A stretch of DNA of 64,000 bases, from the NCBI RefSeq assembly GCF_006345805.1, contig NC_042999.1:41726001-41790000 (forward strand), in the 5' to 3' direction. Below, piece by piece: positions 21,293 through 36,200 of the stretch (position 1 is its first letter; each line of letters starts with the position of its first letter). The position numbers were made by a program, and so were the translations under genes. The notes below the pieces were generated by a model, which saw nothing but the letters and a program-made list of their open reading frames with translations, made no database searches and was not told the DNA's origin. The DNA is from Octopus sinensis. Taxonomy: Eukaryota.

Positions 21293-24200
21293 TGTTATAT
21301 TGCAATACTACACAGTGGCTGTGTGAGCTACGAAATCCTTGTCGCCACTGTTATATCGCAATACTACACAGTGGCTGTGTGAGCTACGAAATCCTTGTCG
21401 CCACTGTTATATCGCAATACTACACAGTGGCTGTGTGAGCTACGAAATCCTTGTCGCCACTGTTATATCGCAATACTACACAGTGGCTGTGTGAGCTACG
21501 AAATCCTCGCCGCCACTGTTATATCGCAATACTACACAGTGGCTGTGAGAGCTACGAAATCCTTGTCGCCACTGTTATATCGCAATACTACACAGTGGCT
21601 GTGTGAGCTACGAAATCCTGTCGCCACTGTTATATCGCAATACTACACAGTGGCTGTGTGAGCTACGAAATCCTTGTCGCCACTGTTATATCGCAATACT
21701 ACACAGTGGCTGTGTGAGCTACGAAATCCTGTCGCCACTGTTATATCGCAATACTACACAGTGGCTGTGTGAGCTACGAAATCCTTGTCGCCACTGTTAT
21801 ATCGCAATACTACACAGTGGTGTGTGAGCTACGAAATCCTTGTCGCCACTGTTATATCGCAATACTACACAGTGGCTGTGTGAGCTACGAAATCCTCGCC
21901 GCCACTGTTATATCGCAATACTACACAGTGGCTGTGTGAGCTACGAAATCCTTGTCGCCACTGTTATATCGCAATACTACACAGTGGCTGTGTGAGCTAC
22001 GAAATCCTTGTCGCCACTGTTATATCGCAATACTACACAGTGGCTGTGTGAGCTACGAAATCCTCGCCGCCACTGTTATATCGCAATACTACACAGTGGC
22101 TGTGTGAGCTACGAAATCCTTGTCGCCACTGTTATATCGCAATACTACACAGTGGCTGTGTGAGCTACGAAATCCTTGTCGCCACTGTTATATCGCAATA
22201 CTACACAGTGGCTGTGTGAGCTACGAAATCCTTGTCGCCACTGTTATATCGCAATACTACACAGTGGCTGTGTGAGCTACGAAATCCTGTCGCCACTGTT
22301 ATATCGCAATACTACACAGTGGCTGTGTGAGCTACGAAATCCTTGTCGCCACTGTTATATCGCAATACTACACAGTGGCTGTGTGAGCTACGAAATCCTG
22401 TCGCCACTATCATATCGCAATACTACACAGTGGCTGTGTGAGCTACGAAATCCTTGTCGCCACTGTTATATCGCAATACTACACAGTGGCTGTGTGAGCT
22501 ACGAAATCCTTGTCGCCACTGTTATATCGCAATACTACACAGTGGCTGTGTGAGCTACGAAATCCTTGTCGCCACTGTTATATCGCAATACTACACAGTG
22601 GCTGTGTGAGCTACGAAATCCTTGTCGCCACTGTTATATCGCAATACTACACAGTGGCTGTGTGAGCTACGAAATCCTCGTCGCCACTGTTATATCGCAA
22701 TACTACACAGTGGCTGTGTGAGCTACGAAATCCTTGTCGCCACTGTTATATCGCAATACTACACAGTGGCTGTGTGAGCTACGAAATCCTGTCGCCACTG
22801 TTATATCGCGCAATACTACACAGTGGCTGTGTGAGCTACGAAATCCTTGTCGCCACTGTTATATCGCAATACTACACAGTGGCTGTGTGAGCTACGAAAT
22901 CCTCGTCGCCACTGTTATATCGCAATACTACACAGTGGCTGTGTGAGCTACGAAATCCTTGTCGCCACTGTTATATCGCAATACTACACAGTGGCTGTGT
23001 GAGCTACGAAATCCTTGTCGCCACTGTTATATCGCAATACTACACAGTGGCTGTGTGAGCTACGAAATCCTCGTCGCCACTGTTATATCGCAATACTACA
23101 CAGTGGCTGTGTGAGCTACGAAATCCTTGTCGCCACTGTTATATCGCAATACTACACAGTGGCTGTGTGAGCTACGAAATCCTTGTCGCCACTGTTATAT
23201 CGCAATACTACACAGTGGCTGTGTGAGCTACGAAATCCTGTCGCCACTGTTATATCGCAATACTACACAGTGGCTGTGTGAGCTACGAAATCCTCGTCGC
23301 CACTGTTATATCGCAATACTACACAGTGGCTGTGTGAGCTACGAAATCCTTGTCGCCACTGTTATATCGCAATACTACACAGTGGCTGTGTGAGCTACGA
23401 AATCTTGTCGCCACTGTTATATCGCAATACTACACAGTGGCTGTGTGAGCTACGAAATCCTTGTCGCCACTGTTATATCGCAATACTACACAGTGGCTGT
23501 GTGAGCTACGAAATCCTTGTCGCCACTGTTATATCGCAATACTACACAGTGGCTGTGTGAGCTACGAAATCCTTGTCGCCACTGTTATATCGCAATACTA
23601 CACAGTGGCTGTGTGAGCTACGAAATCCTTGTCGCCACTGTTATATCGCAATACTACACAGTGGCTGTGTGAGCTACGAAATCCTTGTCGCCACTGTTAT
23701 ATCGCAATACTACACAGTGGCTGTGTGAGCTACGAAATCCTTGTCGCCACTGTTATATCGCAATACTACAGTGGCTGTGGTGTGAGCTACGAAATCCTTG
23801 TCGCCACTGTTATATCGCAATACTACACAGTGGCTGTGTGAGCTACGAAATCCTTGTCGCCACTGTTATATCGCAATACTACACAGTGGCTGTGTGAGCT
23901 ACGAACGAAATCCTTGTCGCCACTGTTATATCGCAATACTACACAGTGGCTGTGTGAGCTACGAAATCCTCGTCGCCACTGTTATATCGCAATACTACAC
24001 AGTGGCTGTGTGAGCTACGAAATCCTTGTCGCCACTGTTATATCGCAATACTACACAGTGGCTGTGTGAGCTACGAAATCCTTGTCGCCACTGTTATATC
24101 GCAATACTACACAGTGGCTGTGTGAGCTACGAAATCCTCGTCGCCACTGTTATATCGCAATACTACACAGTGGCTGTGTGAGCTACGAAATCCTTGTCGC

Positions 24201-27200
24201 CACTGTTATATCGCAATACTACACAGTGGCTGTGTGAGCTACGAAATCCTCGTCGCCACTGTTATATCGCAATACTACACAGTGGCTGTGTGAGCTACGA
24301 AATCCTCGCCGCCACTGTTATATCGCAATACTACACAGTGGCTGTGTGAGCTACGAAATCCTTGTCGCCACTGTTATATCGCAATACTACACAGTGGCTG
24401 TGTGAGCTACGAAATCCTTGTCGCCACTATTATATCGCAATACTACACAGTGGCTGTGTGAGCTACGAAATCCTTGTCGCCACGGTTATATCGCAATACT
24501 ACACAGTGGCTGTGTGAGCTACGAAATTCGCGCCGCCACTGTTATATCGTAATACTACACAGTGGCTGTGTGAGCTACGAAATCCTTGTCGCCACTGTTA
24601 TATCGCAATACTACACAGTGGCTGTGTGAGCTACGAAATCCTTGTCGCCACTGTTATATCGCAATACTACACAGTGGCTGTGTGAGCTACGAAATCCTCG
24701 CCACTGTTATATCGCAATACTACACAGTGGCTGTGTGAGCTACGAAATCCTTGTCGCCACTGTTATATCGCAATACTACACAGTGGCTGTGTGAGCTACG
24801 AAATCCTTGTCGCCACTGTTATATCGCAATACTACACAGTGGCTGTGTGAGCTACGAAATCCTTGTCGCCACTGTTATATCGCAATACTACACAGTGGCT
24901 GTGTGAGCTACGAAATCCTTGTCGCCACTGTTATATCGCAATACTACACAGTGGCTGTGTGAGCTACGAAATCCTCGCCGCACTGTATATCGCAATACTA
25001 CACAGTGGCTGTGTGAGCTACGAAATCCTTGTCGCCACTGTTATATCGCAATACTACACAGTGGCTGTGTGAGCTACGAAATCCTTGTCGCCACTGTTAT
25101 ATCGCAATACTACACAGTGGCTGTGTGAGCTACGAAATCCTTGTCGCCACTGTTATATCGCAATACTACACAGTGGCTGTGTGAGCTACGAAATCCTTGT
25201 CGCCACTGTTATATCGCAATACTACACAGTGGCTGTGTGAGCTACGAAATCCTTGTCGCCACTGTTATATCGCAATACTACACAGTGGCTGTGTGAGCTA
25301 CGAAATCCTCGTCGCCAGTTATATCGCAATACACAGTGGCTGTGTGAGCTACGAAATCCTTGTCGCCACTGTTATATCGCAATACTACACAGTGGCTGTG
25401 TGAGCTACGAAATCCTTGTCGCCACTGTTATATCGCAATACTACACAGTGGCTGTGTGAGCTACGAAATCCTTGTCGCCACTGTTATATCGCAATACTAC
25501 ACAGTGGCTGTGTGAGCTACGAAATCCTCGTCGCCACTGTTATATCGCAATACTACACAGTGGCTGTGTGAGCTACGAAATCCTCGTCGCCACTGTTATA
25601 TCGCAATACTACACAGTGGCTGTGTGAGCTACGAAATCCTTGTCGCCACTGTTATATCGCAATACTACACAGTGGCTGTGTGAGCTACGAAATCCTTGTC
25701 GCCACTATTATATCGCAATACTACACAGTGGCTGTGTGAGCTACGAAATCCTTGTCGCCACTGTTATATCGCAATACTACACAGTGGCTGTGTGAGCTAC
25801 GAAATCCTTGTCGCCACTGTTATATCGCAATACTACACAGTGGCTGTGTGAGCTACGAAATCCTTGTCGCCACTGTTATATCGCAATACTACACAGTGGC
25901 TGTGTGAGCTACGAAATCCTTGTCGCCACTATTATATCGCAATACTACACAGTGGCTGTGGAGCTACGAAATCCTTCTCGCCACTGTTATATCGCAATAC
26001 TACACAGTGGCTGTGTGAGCTACGAAATCCTTGTCGCCACTGTTATATCGCAATACTACACAGTGGCTGTGTGAGCTACGAAATCCTGTCGCCACTATCA
26101 TATCGCAATACTACACAGTGGCTGTGTGAGCTACGAAATCCTTGTCGCCACTGTTATATCGCAATACTACACAGTGGCTTGTGAGCTACGAAATCCTTGT
26201 CGCCACTGTTATATCGCAATACTACACAGTGGCTGTGTGAGCTACGAAATCCTTGTCGCCACTGTTATATCGCAATACTACACAGTGGCTGTGTGAGCTA
26301 CGAAATCCTTGTCGCCACTGTTATATCGCAATACTACACAGTGGCTGTGTGAGCTACGAAATCCTGTCGCCACTGTTATATCGCAATACTACACAGTGGT
26401 GTGTGAGCTACGAAATCCTTGTCGCCACTGTTATATCGCAATACTACACAGTGGCTGTGTGAGCTACGAAATCCTTGTCGCCAATTATATCGCAATACTA
26501 CACAGTGGCTGTGTGAGCTACGAAATCCTTGTCGCCACTATTATATCGCAATACTACACAGTGGCTGTGTGAGCTACGAAATCCTCGTCGCCACTATTAT
26601 ATCGCAATACTACACAGTGGCTGTGTGAGCTACGAAATCCTCGTCGCCACTGTTATATCGCAATACTACACAGTGGCTGTGTGAGCTACGAAATCCTCGT
26701 CGCCACTGTTATATCGCAATACTACACAGTGGCTGTGTGAGCTACGAAATCCTTGTCGCCACTGTTATATCGCAATACTACACAGTGGCTGTGTGAGCTA
26801 CGAAATCCTTGTCGCCACTGTTATATCGCAATACTACACAGTGGCTGTGTGAGCTACGAAATCCTTGTCGCCACTGTTATATCGCAATACTACACAGTGG
26901 CTGTGTGAGCTACGAAATCCTTCTCGCCACTGTTATATCGCAATACTACACAGTGGCTGTGTGAGCTACGAAATCCTCGTCGCCACTGTTATATCGCAAT
27001 ACTACACAGTGGCTCTGTGAGCTACGAAATCCTGTCGCCACTATCATATCGCAATACTACACAGTGGCTGTGTGAGCTACGAAATCCTTGTCGCCACTAT
27101 TATATCGCAATACTACACAGTGGCTGTGTGAGCTACGAAATCCTTGTCGCCACAATTATATCGCAATACTACACAGTGGCTGTGTGAGCTACGAAATCCT

Positions 27201-30200
27201 TGTCGCCACTGTTATATCGCAATACTACACAGTGGCTGTGTGAGCTACGAAATCCTTGTCGCCACTGTTATATCGCAATACTACACAGTGGCTGTGTGAG
27301 CTACGAAATCCTCGTCGCCACTGTTATATCGCAATACTACACAGTGGCTGTGTGAGCTACGAAATCCTTGTCGCCACTGTTATATCGCAATACTACACAG
27401 TGGCTGTGTGAGCTACGAAATCCTCGTCGCCACTGTTATATCGCAATACTACACAGTGGCTGTGTGAGCTACGAAATCCTGTCGCCTGTTATATCGCAAT
27501 ACTACACAGTGGCTGTGTGAGCTACGAAATCCTTCGTCGCCACTGTTATATCGCAATACTACACAGTGGCTGTGTGAGCTACGAAATCCTTGTCGCCACT
27601 GTTATATCGCAATACTACACAGTGAATACTACACAGTGGCTGTGTGAGCTACGAAATCCTTGTCGCCACTGTTATATCGCATACTACACAGTGGCTGTGT
27701 GAGCTACGAAATCCTTGTCGCCACTGTTATATCGCAATACTACACAGTGGCTGTGTGAGCTACGAAATCCTTGTCGCCACTGTTATATCGCAATACTACA
27801 CAGTGGCTGTGTGAGCTACGAAATCCTTGTCGCCACTGTTATATCGCAATACTACACAGTGGCTGTGTGAGCTACGAAATCCTTGTCGCCACTGTTATAT
27901 CGCAATACTACACAGTGGCTGTGTGAGCTACGAAATCCTCGTCGCCACTGTTATATCGCAATACTACACAGTGGCTGTGTGAGCTACGAAATCCTTGTCG
28001 CCACTGTTATATCGCAATACTACACAGTGGCTGTGTGAGCTACGAAATCCTCGTCGCCACTGTTATATCGCAATACTACACAGTGGCTGTGTGAGCTACG
28101 AAATCCTTGTCGCCACTGTTATATCGCAATACTACACAGTGGCTGTGTGAGCTACGAAATCTTCGTCGCCACTGTTATATCGCAATACTACACAGTGGCT
28201 GTGTGAGCTACGAAATCCTTGTCGCCACTGTTATATCGCAATACTACACAGTGGCTGTGTGAGCTACGAAATCCTTGTCGCCACTTATATCGCAATACTA
28301 CACAGTGGCTGTGTGAGCTACGAAATCCTTGTCGCCACTGTTATATCGCAATACTACACAGTGGCTGTGTGAGCTACGAAATCCTCGTCGCCACTGTTAT
28401 ATCGCAATACTACACAGTGGCTGTGTGAGCTACGAAATCCTTGTCGCCACTGTTATATCGCAATACTACACAGTGGCTGTGTGAGCTACGAAATCCTTGT
28501 CGCCACTGTTATATCGCAATACTACACAGTGGCTGTGTGAGCTACGAAATCCTTGTCGCCACTGTTATATCGCAATACTACACAGTGGCTGTGTGAGCTA
28601 CGAAATCCTTGTCGCCACTGTTATATCGCAATACTACACAGTGGCTGTGTGAGCTACGAAATCCTTGTCGCCACTGTTATATCGCAATACTACACAGTGG
28701 CTGTGTGAGCTACGAAATCCTCGTCGCCACTGTTATATCGCAATACTACACAGTGGCTGTGTGAGCTACGAAATCCTTGTCGCCACTGTTATATCGCAAT
28801 ACTACACAGTGGCTGTGTGAGCTACGAAATCCTTGTCGCCACTGTTATATCGCAATACTACACAGTGGCTGTGTGAGCTACGAAATCCTCGTCGCCACTG
28901 TTATATCGCAATACTACACAGTGGCTGTGTGAGCTACGAAATCCTTGTCGCCACTGTTATATCGCAATACTACACAGTGGCTGTGTGAGCTACGAAATCC
29001 TTGTCGCCACTGTTATATCGCAATACTACACAGTGGCTGTGTGAGCTACGAAATCCTCGCCGCCACTGTTATATCGCAATACTACACAGTGGCTGTGTGA
29101 GCTACGAAATCCTCGCCGCCACTGTTATATCGCAATACTACACAGTGGCTGTGTGAGCTACGAAATCCTTGTCGCCACTGTTATATCGCAATACTACACA
29201 GTGGCTGTGTGAGCTACGAAATCCTTGTCGCCACTGTTATATCGCAATACTACACAGTGGCTGTGTGAGCTACGAAATCCTTGTCGCCACTGTTATATCG
29301 CAATACTACACAGTGGCTGTGTGAGCTACGAAATCCTCGCCGCCACTGTTATATCGCAATACTACACAGTGGCTGTGTGAGCTACGAAATCCTTGTCGCC
29401 ACTGTTATATCGCAATACTACACAGTGGCTGTGTGAGCTACGAAATCCTGGTCGCCACTGTTATATCGCAATACTACACAGTGGCTGTGTGAGCTACGAA
29501 ATCCTTGTCGCCACTGTTATATCGCAATACTACACAGTGGCTGTGTGAGCTACGAAATCCTCGTCGCCACTGTATATCGCAATACTACACAGTGGCTGTG
29601 TGAGCTACGAAATCCTTGTCGCCACTGTTATATCGCAATACTACACAGTGGCTGTGTGAGCTACGAAATCCTCGTCGCCACTGTTATATCGCAATACTAC
29701 ACAGTGGCTGTGTGAGCTACGAAATCCTGTCGCCACTATCATATCGCAATACTACACAGTGGCTGTGTGAGCTACGAAATCCTTGTCGCCACTATTATAT
29801 CGCAATACTACACAGTGGCTGTGTGAGCTACGAAATCCTTGTCGCCACTGTTATATCGCAATACACAGTGGCTGTGTGAGCTACGAAATCCTCGTCGCCA
29901 CTGTTATATCGCAATACTACACAGTGGCTGTGTGAGCTACGAAATCCTTGTCGCCACTGTTATATCGCAATACTACACAGTGGCTGTGTGAGCTACGAAA
30001 TCCTTGTCGCCACTGTTATATCGCAATACTACACAGTGGCTGTGTGAGCTACGAAATCCTTGTCGCCACTGTTATATCGCAATACTACACAGTGGCTGTG
30101 TGAGCTACGAAATCCTTGTCGCCACTGTTATATCGCAATACTACACAGTGGCTGTGTGAGCTACGAAATCCTTGTCGCCACTGTTATATCGCAATACTAC

Positions 30201-33200
30201 ACAGTGGCTGTGTGAGCTACGAAATCCTTGTCGCCACTGTTATATCGCAATACTACACAGTGGCTGTGTGAGCTACGAAATCCTTGTCGCCACTGTTATA
30301 TCGCAATACTACAATGGCTGTGTGAGCTACGAAATCCTGTCGCCACTGTTATATCGCAATACTACACAGTGGCTGTGTGAGCTACGAAATCCTCGTCGCC
30401 ACTGTTATATCGCAATACTACACAGTGGCTGTGTGAGCTACGAAATCCTTGTCGCCACTGTTATATCGCAATACTACACAGTGGCTGTGTGAGCTACGAA
30501 ATCCTCGTCGCCACTGTTATATCGCAATACTACACAGTGGCTGTGTGAGCTACGAAATCCTTGTCGCCACTGTTATATCGCAATACTACACAGTGGCTGT
30601 GTGAGCTACGAAATCCTCGTCGCCACTGTTATATCGCAATACTACACAGTGGCTGTGTGAGCTACGAAATCCTTGTCGCCACTGTTATATCGCAATACTA
30701 CACAGTGGCTGTGTGAGCTACGAAATCCTTGTCGCCACTGTTATATCGCAATACTACACAGTGGCTGTGTGAGCTACGAAATCCTCGTCGCCACTGTTAT
30801 ATCGCAATACTACACAGTGGCTGTGTGAGCTACGAAATCCTTGTCGCCACTGTTATATCGCAATACTACACAGTGGCTGTGTGAGCTACGAAATCCTTGT
30901 CGCCACTGTTATATCGCAATACTACACAGTGGCTGTGTGAGCTACGAAATCCTCGTCGCCACTGTTATATCGCAATACTACACAGTGGCTGTGTGAGCTA
31001 CGAAATCCTTGTCGCCACTGTTATATCGCAATACTACACAGTGGCTGTGTGAGCTACGAAATCCTTGTCGCCACTGTTATATCGCAATACTACACAGTGG
31101 CTGTGTGAGCTACGAAATCCTCGCCGCCACTGTTATATCGCAATACTACACAGTGGCTGTGTGAGCTACGAAATCCTTGTCGCCACTGTTATATCGCAAT
31201 ACTACACAGTGGCTGTGTGAGCTACGAAATCCTTGTCGCCAACTGTATATCGCAATACTACACAGTGGCTGTGTGAGCTACGAAATCCTTGTCGCCACTG
31301 TTATATCGCAATACTACACAGGCTGTGTGAGCTACGAAATCCTTGTCGCCACTGTTATATCGCAATACTACACAGTGGTGTGTGAGCTACGAAATCCTTG
31401 TCGCCACTGTTATATCGCAATACTACAGTGGCTGTGTGAGCTACGAAATCCTGTCGCCACTATATATCGCAATACTACACAGTGGTGTGTGAGCTACGAA
31501 ATCCTCGTCGCCACTGTTATATCGCAATACACACAGTGGCTGTGTGAGCTACGAAATCCTCGTCGCCACTATTATATCGCAATACTACACAGTGGCTGTG
31601 TGAGCTACGAAATCCTTGTCGCCACTGTTATATCGCAATACTACACAGTGGCTGTGTGAGCTACGAAATCCTTGTCGCCACTGTTATATCGCAATACTAC
31701 ACAGTGGCTGTGTGAGCTACGAAATCCTTGTCGCCACTGTTATATCGCAATACTACACAGTGGCTGTGTGAGCTACGAAATCCTTGTCGCCACTGTTATA
31801 TCGCAATACTACACAGTGGCTGTGTGAGCTACGAAATCCTTGTCGCCACTGTTATATCGCAATACTACACAGTGGCTGTGTGAGCTACGAAATCCTTGTC
31901 GCCACTGTTATATCGCAATACTACACAGTGGCTGTGTGAGCTACGAAATCCTCGTCGCCACTGTTATATCGCAATACTACACAGTGGCTGTGTGAGCTAC
32001 GAAATCCTCGTCGCCACTGTTATATCGCAATACTACACAGTGGCTGTGTGAGCTACGAAATCCTTGTCGCCACTGTTATATCGCAATACTACACAGTGGC
32101 TGTGTGAGCTACGAAATCCTTGTCGCCACTGTTATATCGCAATACTACACAGTGGCTGTGTGAGCTACGAAATCCTGTCGCCACTGTTATATCGCAATAC
32201 TACACAGTGGCTGTGTGAGCTACGAAATCCTGTCGCCACTGTATATCGCAATACTACACAGTGGCTGTGTGAGCTACGAAATCCTTGTCGCCACTGTTAT
32301 ATCGCAATACTACACATGGCTGTGTGAGCTACGAAATCCTTGTCGCCACTGTTTATATCAATACTACACAGTGGCTGTGAGCTACGAAATCCTTGTCGCC
32401 ACTGTTATATCGCAATACTACACAGTGGCTGTGTGAGCTACGAAATCCTGTCGCCACTGTTATATCGCAATACTACACAGTGGCTGTGTGAGCTACGAAA
32501 TCCTCGTCGCCACTGTTATATCGCAATACTACACAGTGGCTGTGTGAGCTACGAAATCCTCGTCGCCACTGTTATATCGCAATACTACACAGTGGCTGTG
32601 TGAGCTACGAAATCCTTGTCGCCACTGTTATATCGCAATACTACACAGTGGCTGTGTGAGCTACGAAATCCTTGTCGCCACTGTTATATCGCAATACTAC
32701 ACAGTGGCTGTGTGCTACGAAATCCTCGCGCCACTGTTATATCGCAATACTACACAGTGGCTGTGTGAGCTACGAAATCCTTGTCGCCACTGTTATATCG
32801 CAATACTACACAGTGGCTGTGTGAGCTACGAAATCCTTGTCGCCACTGTTATATCGCAATACTACACAGTGGCTGTGTGAGCTACGAAATCCTTGTCGCC
32901 ACTGTTATATCGCAATACTACACAGTGGCTGTGTGAGCTACGAAATTTCGCCGCCACTGTTATATCGCAATACTACACGGCTGTGTGAGCTACGAAATCC
33001 TTGTCGCCACTGTTATATCGCAATACTACACAGTGGCTGTGTGAGCTACGAAATCCTGTCGCCACTGTTATATCGCAATACTACACAGTGGCTGTGTGAG
33101 CTACGAAATCCTCGCGCCACTGTTATATCGCAATACTACACAGTGGCTGTGTGAGCTACGAAATCCTTGTCGCCACTGTTATATCGCAATACTACACAGT

Positions 33201-36200
33201 GGCTGTGTGAGCTACGAAATCCTTGTCGCCACTGTTATATCGCAATACTACACAGTGGCTGTGTGAGCTACGAAATCCTTGTCGCCACTGTTATATCGCA
33301 ATACTACACAGTGGCTGTGTGTGAGCTACGAAATCCTGTCGCCACTGTTATATCGCAATACTACACAGTGGCTGTGTGAGCTACGAAATCCTCGTCGCCA
33401 CTGTTATATCGCAATACTACACAGTGGCTGTGTGAGCTACGAAATCCTTGTCGCCACTGTTATATCGCAATACTACACAGTGGCTGTGTGAGCTACGAAA
33501 TCCTCGTCGCCACTGTTATATCGCAATACTACACAGGGCTGTGTGAGCTACGAAATCCTTGTCGCCACTGTTATATCGCAATACTACACAGTGGCTGTGT
33601 GAGCTACGAAATCCTCGTCGCCACTGTTATATCGCAATACTACACAGTGGCTGTGTGAGCTACGAAATCCTTGTCGCCACTGTTATATCGCAATACTACA
33701 CAGTGGCTGTGTGAGCTACGAAATCCTTGTCGCCACTGTTATATCGCAATACTACACAGTGGCTGTGTGAGCTACGAAATCCTTGTCGCCACTGTTATAT
33801 CGCAATACTACACAGTGGGTGTGAGCTACGAAATCCTCGTCGCCACTGTTATATCGCAATACTACACAGTGGCTGTGTGAGCTACGAAATCCTTGTCGCC
33901 ACTGTTATATCGCAATACTACACAGTGGCTGTGTGAGCTACGAAATCCTTGTCGCCACTGTATATCGCAATACTACACAGTGGCTGTGTGAGCTACGAAA
34001 TCCTCGTCGCCACTGTATATCGCAATACTACACAGTGGCTGTGTGAGCTACGAAATCCTTGTCGCCACTGTTATATCGCAATACTACACAGTGGCTGTGT
34101 GAGCTACGAAATCCTTGTCGCCACTGTTATATCGCAATACTACACAGTGGCTGTGTGAGCTACGAAATCCTTGTCGCCACTGTTATATCGCAATACTACA
34201 CAGTGGCTGTGTGAGCTACGAAATCCTTGTCGCCACTGTTATATCGCAATACTACACAGTGGCTGTGTGAGCTACGAAATCCTTGTCGCCACTGTTATAT
34301 CGCAATACTACACAGTGGCTGTGTGAGCTACGAAATCCTCGTCGCCACTGTTATATCGCAATACTACACAGTGGCTGTGTGAGCTACGAAATCCTTGTCG
34401 CCACTGTTATATCGCAATACTACACAGTGGCTGTGTGAGCTACGAAATCCTTGTCGCCACTGTTATATCGCAATACTACACAGTGGCTGTGTGAGCTACG
34501 AAATCCTCGTCGCCACTGTTATATCGCAATACTACACAGTGGCTGTGTGAGCTACGAAATCCTTGTCGCCACTGTTATATCGCAATACTACACAGTGGCT
34601 GTGTGAGCTACGAAATCCTTGTCGCCACTGTTATATCGCAATACTACACAGTGGCTGTGTGAGCTACGAAATCCTCGTCGCCACTGTTATATCGAATACT
34701 ACACAGTGGCTGTGTGAGCTACGAAATCCTTGTCGCCACTGTTATATCGCAATAACACAGTGGCTGTGTGAGCTACGAAATCCTGTCGCACTGTTATATC
34801 GCAATACTACACAGTGGCTGTGTGAGCTACGAAATCCTTGTCGCCACTGTTATATCGCAAACTACACAGTGGCTGTGTGAGCTACGAAATCCTTGTCGCC
34901 ACTGTTATATCGCAATACTACACAGTGGCTGTGTGAGCTACGAAATCCTCGTCGCCACTGTTATATCGCAATACTACACAGTGGCTGTGTGAGCTACGAA
35001 ATCCTTGTCGCCACTGTTATATCGCAATACTACACAGTGGCTGTGTGAGCTACGAAATCCTTGTCGCCACTGTTATATCGCAATACTACACAGTGGCTGT
35101 GTGAGCTACGAAATCCTGTCGCCACTGTTATATCGCAATACTACACAGTGGCTGTGTGTGAGCTACGAAATCCTTGTCGCCACTGTTATATCGCAATACT
35201 ACACAGTGGCTGTGTGAGCTACGAAATCCTTGTCGCCACTGTTATATCGCAATACTACACAGTGGCTGTGTGAGCTACGAAATCCTTGTCGCCACTGTTA
35301 TATCGCAATACTACACAGTGGCTGTGTGAGCTACGAAATCCTTGTCGCCACTGTTATATCGCAATACTACACAGTGGCTGTGTGAGCTACGAAATCCTTG
35401 TCGCCACTGTTATATCGCAATACTACACAGTGGCTGTGTGAGCTACGAAATCCTTGTCGCCACTGTTATATCGCAATACTACACAGTGGCTGTGTGAGCT
35501 ACGAAATCCTTGTCGCCACTGTTATATCGCAATACTACACAGTGGCTGTGTGAGCTACGAAATCCTTGTCGCCACTGTTATATCGCAATACTACACAGTG
35601 GCTGTGTGAGCTACGAAATCCTTGTCGCCACTGTTATATCGCAATACTACACAGTGGCTGTGTGAGCTACGAATCCTTCGTCGCCACTGTTATATCGCAA
35701 TACTACACAGTGGCTGTGTGAGCTACGAAATCCTTGTCGCCACTGTTATATCGCAATACTACACAGTGGCTGTGTGAGCTACGAAATCCTCGCCGCCACT
35801 GTTATATCGCAATACTACACAGTGGCTGTGTGAGCTACGAAATCCTTGTCGCCACTGTTATATCGCAATACTACACAGTGGCTGTGTGAGCTACGAAATC
35901 CTTGTCGCCACTGTTATATCGCAATACTACACAGTGGCTGTGTGAGCTACGAAATCCTTGTCGCCACTGTTATATCGCAATACTACACAGTGGCTGTGTG
36001 AGCTACGAAATCCTTGTCGCCACTGTTATATCGCAATACACAGTGGCTGTGTGAGCTACGAAATCCTTGTCGCCACTGTATATCGCAATAATAATACACA
36101 GTGGCTGTGTGAGCTACGAAATCCTTGTCCGCCACTGTTATATCGCAATACTACACAGTGGCTGTGTGAGCTACGAAATCCTTGTCGCCACTGTTATATC

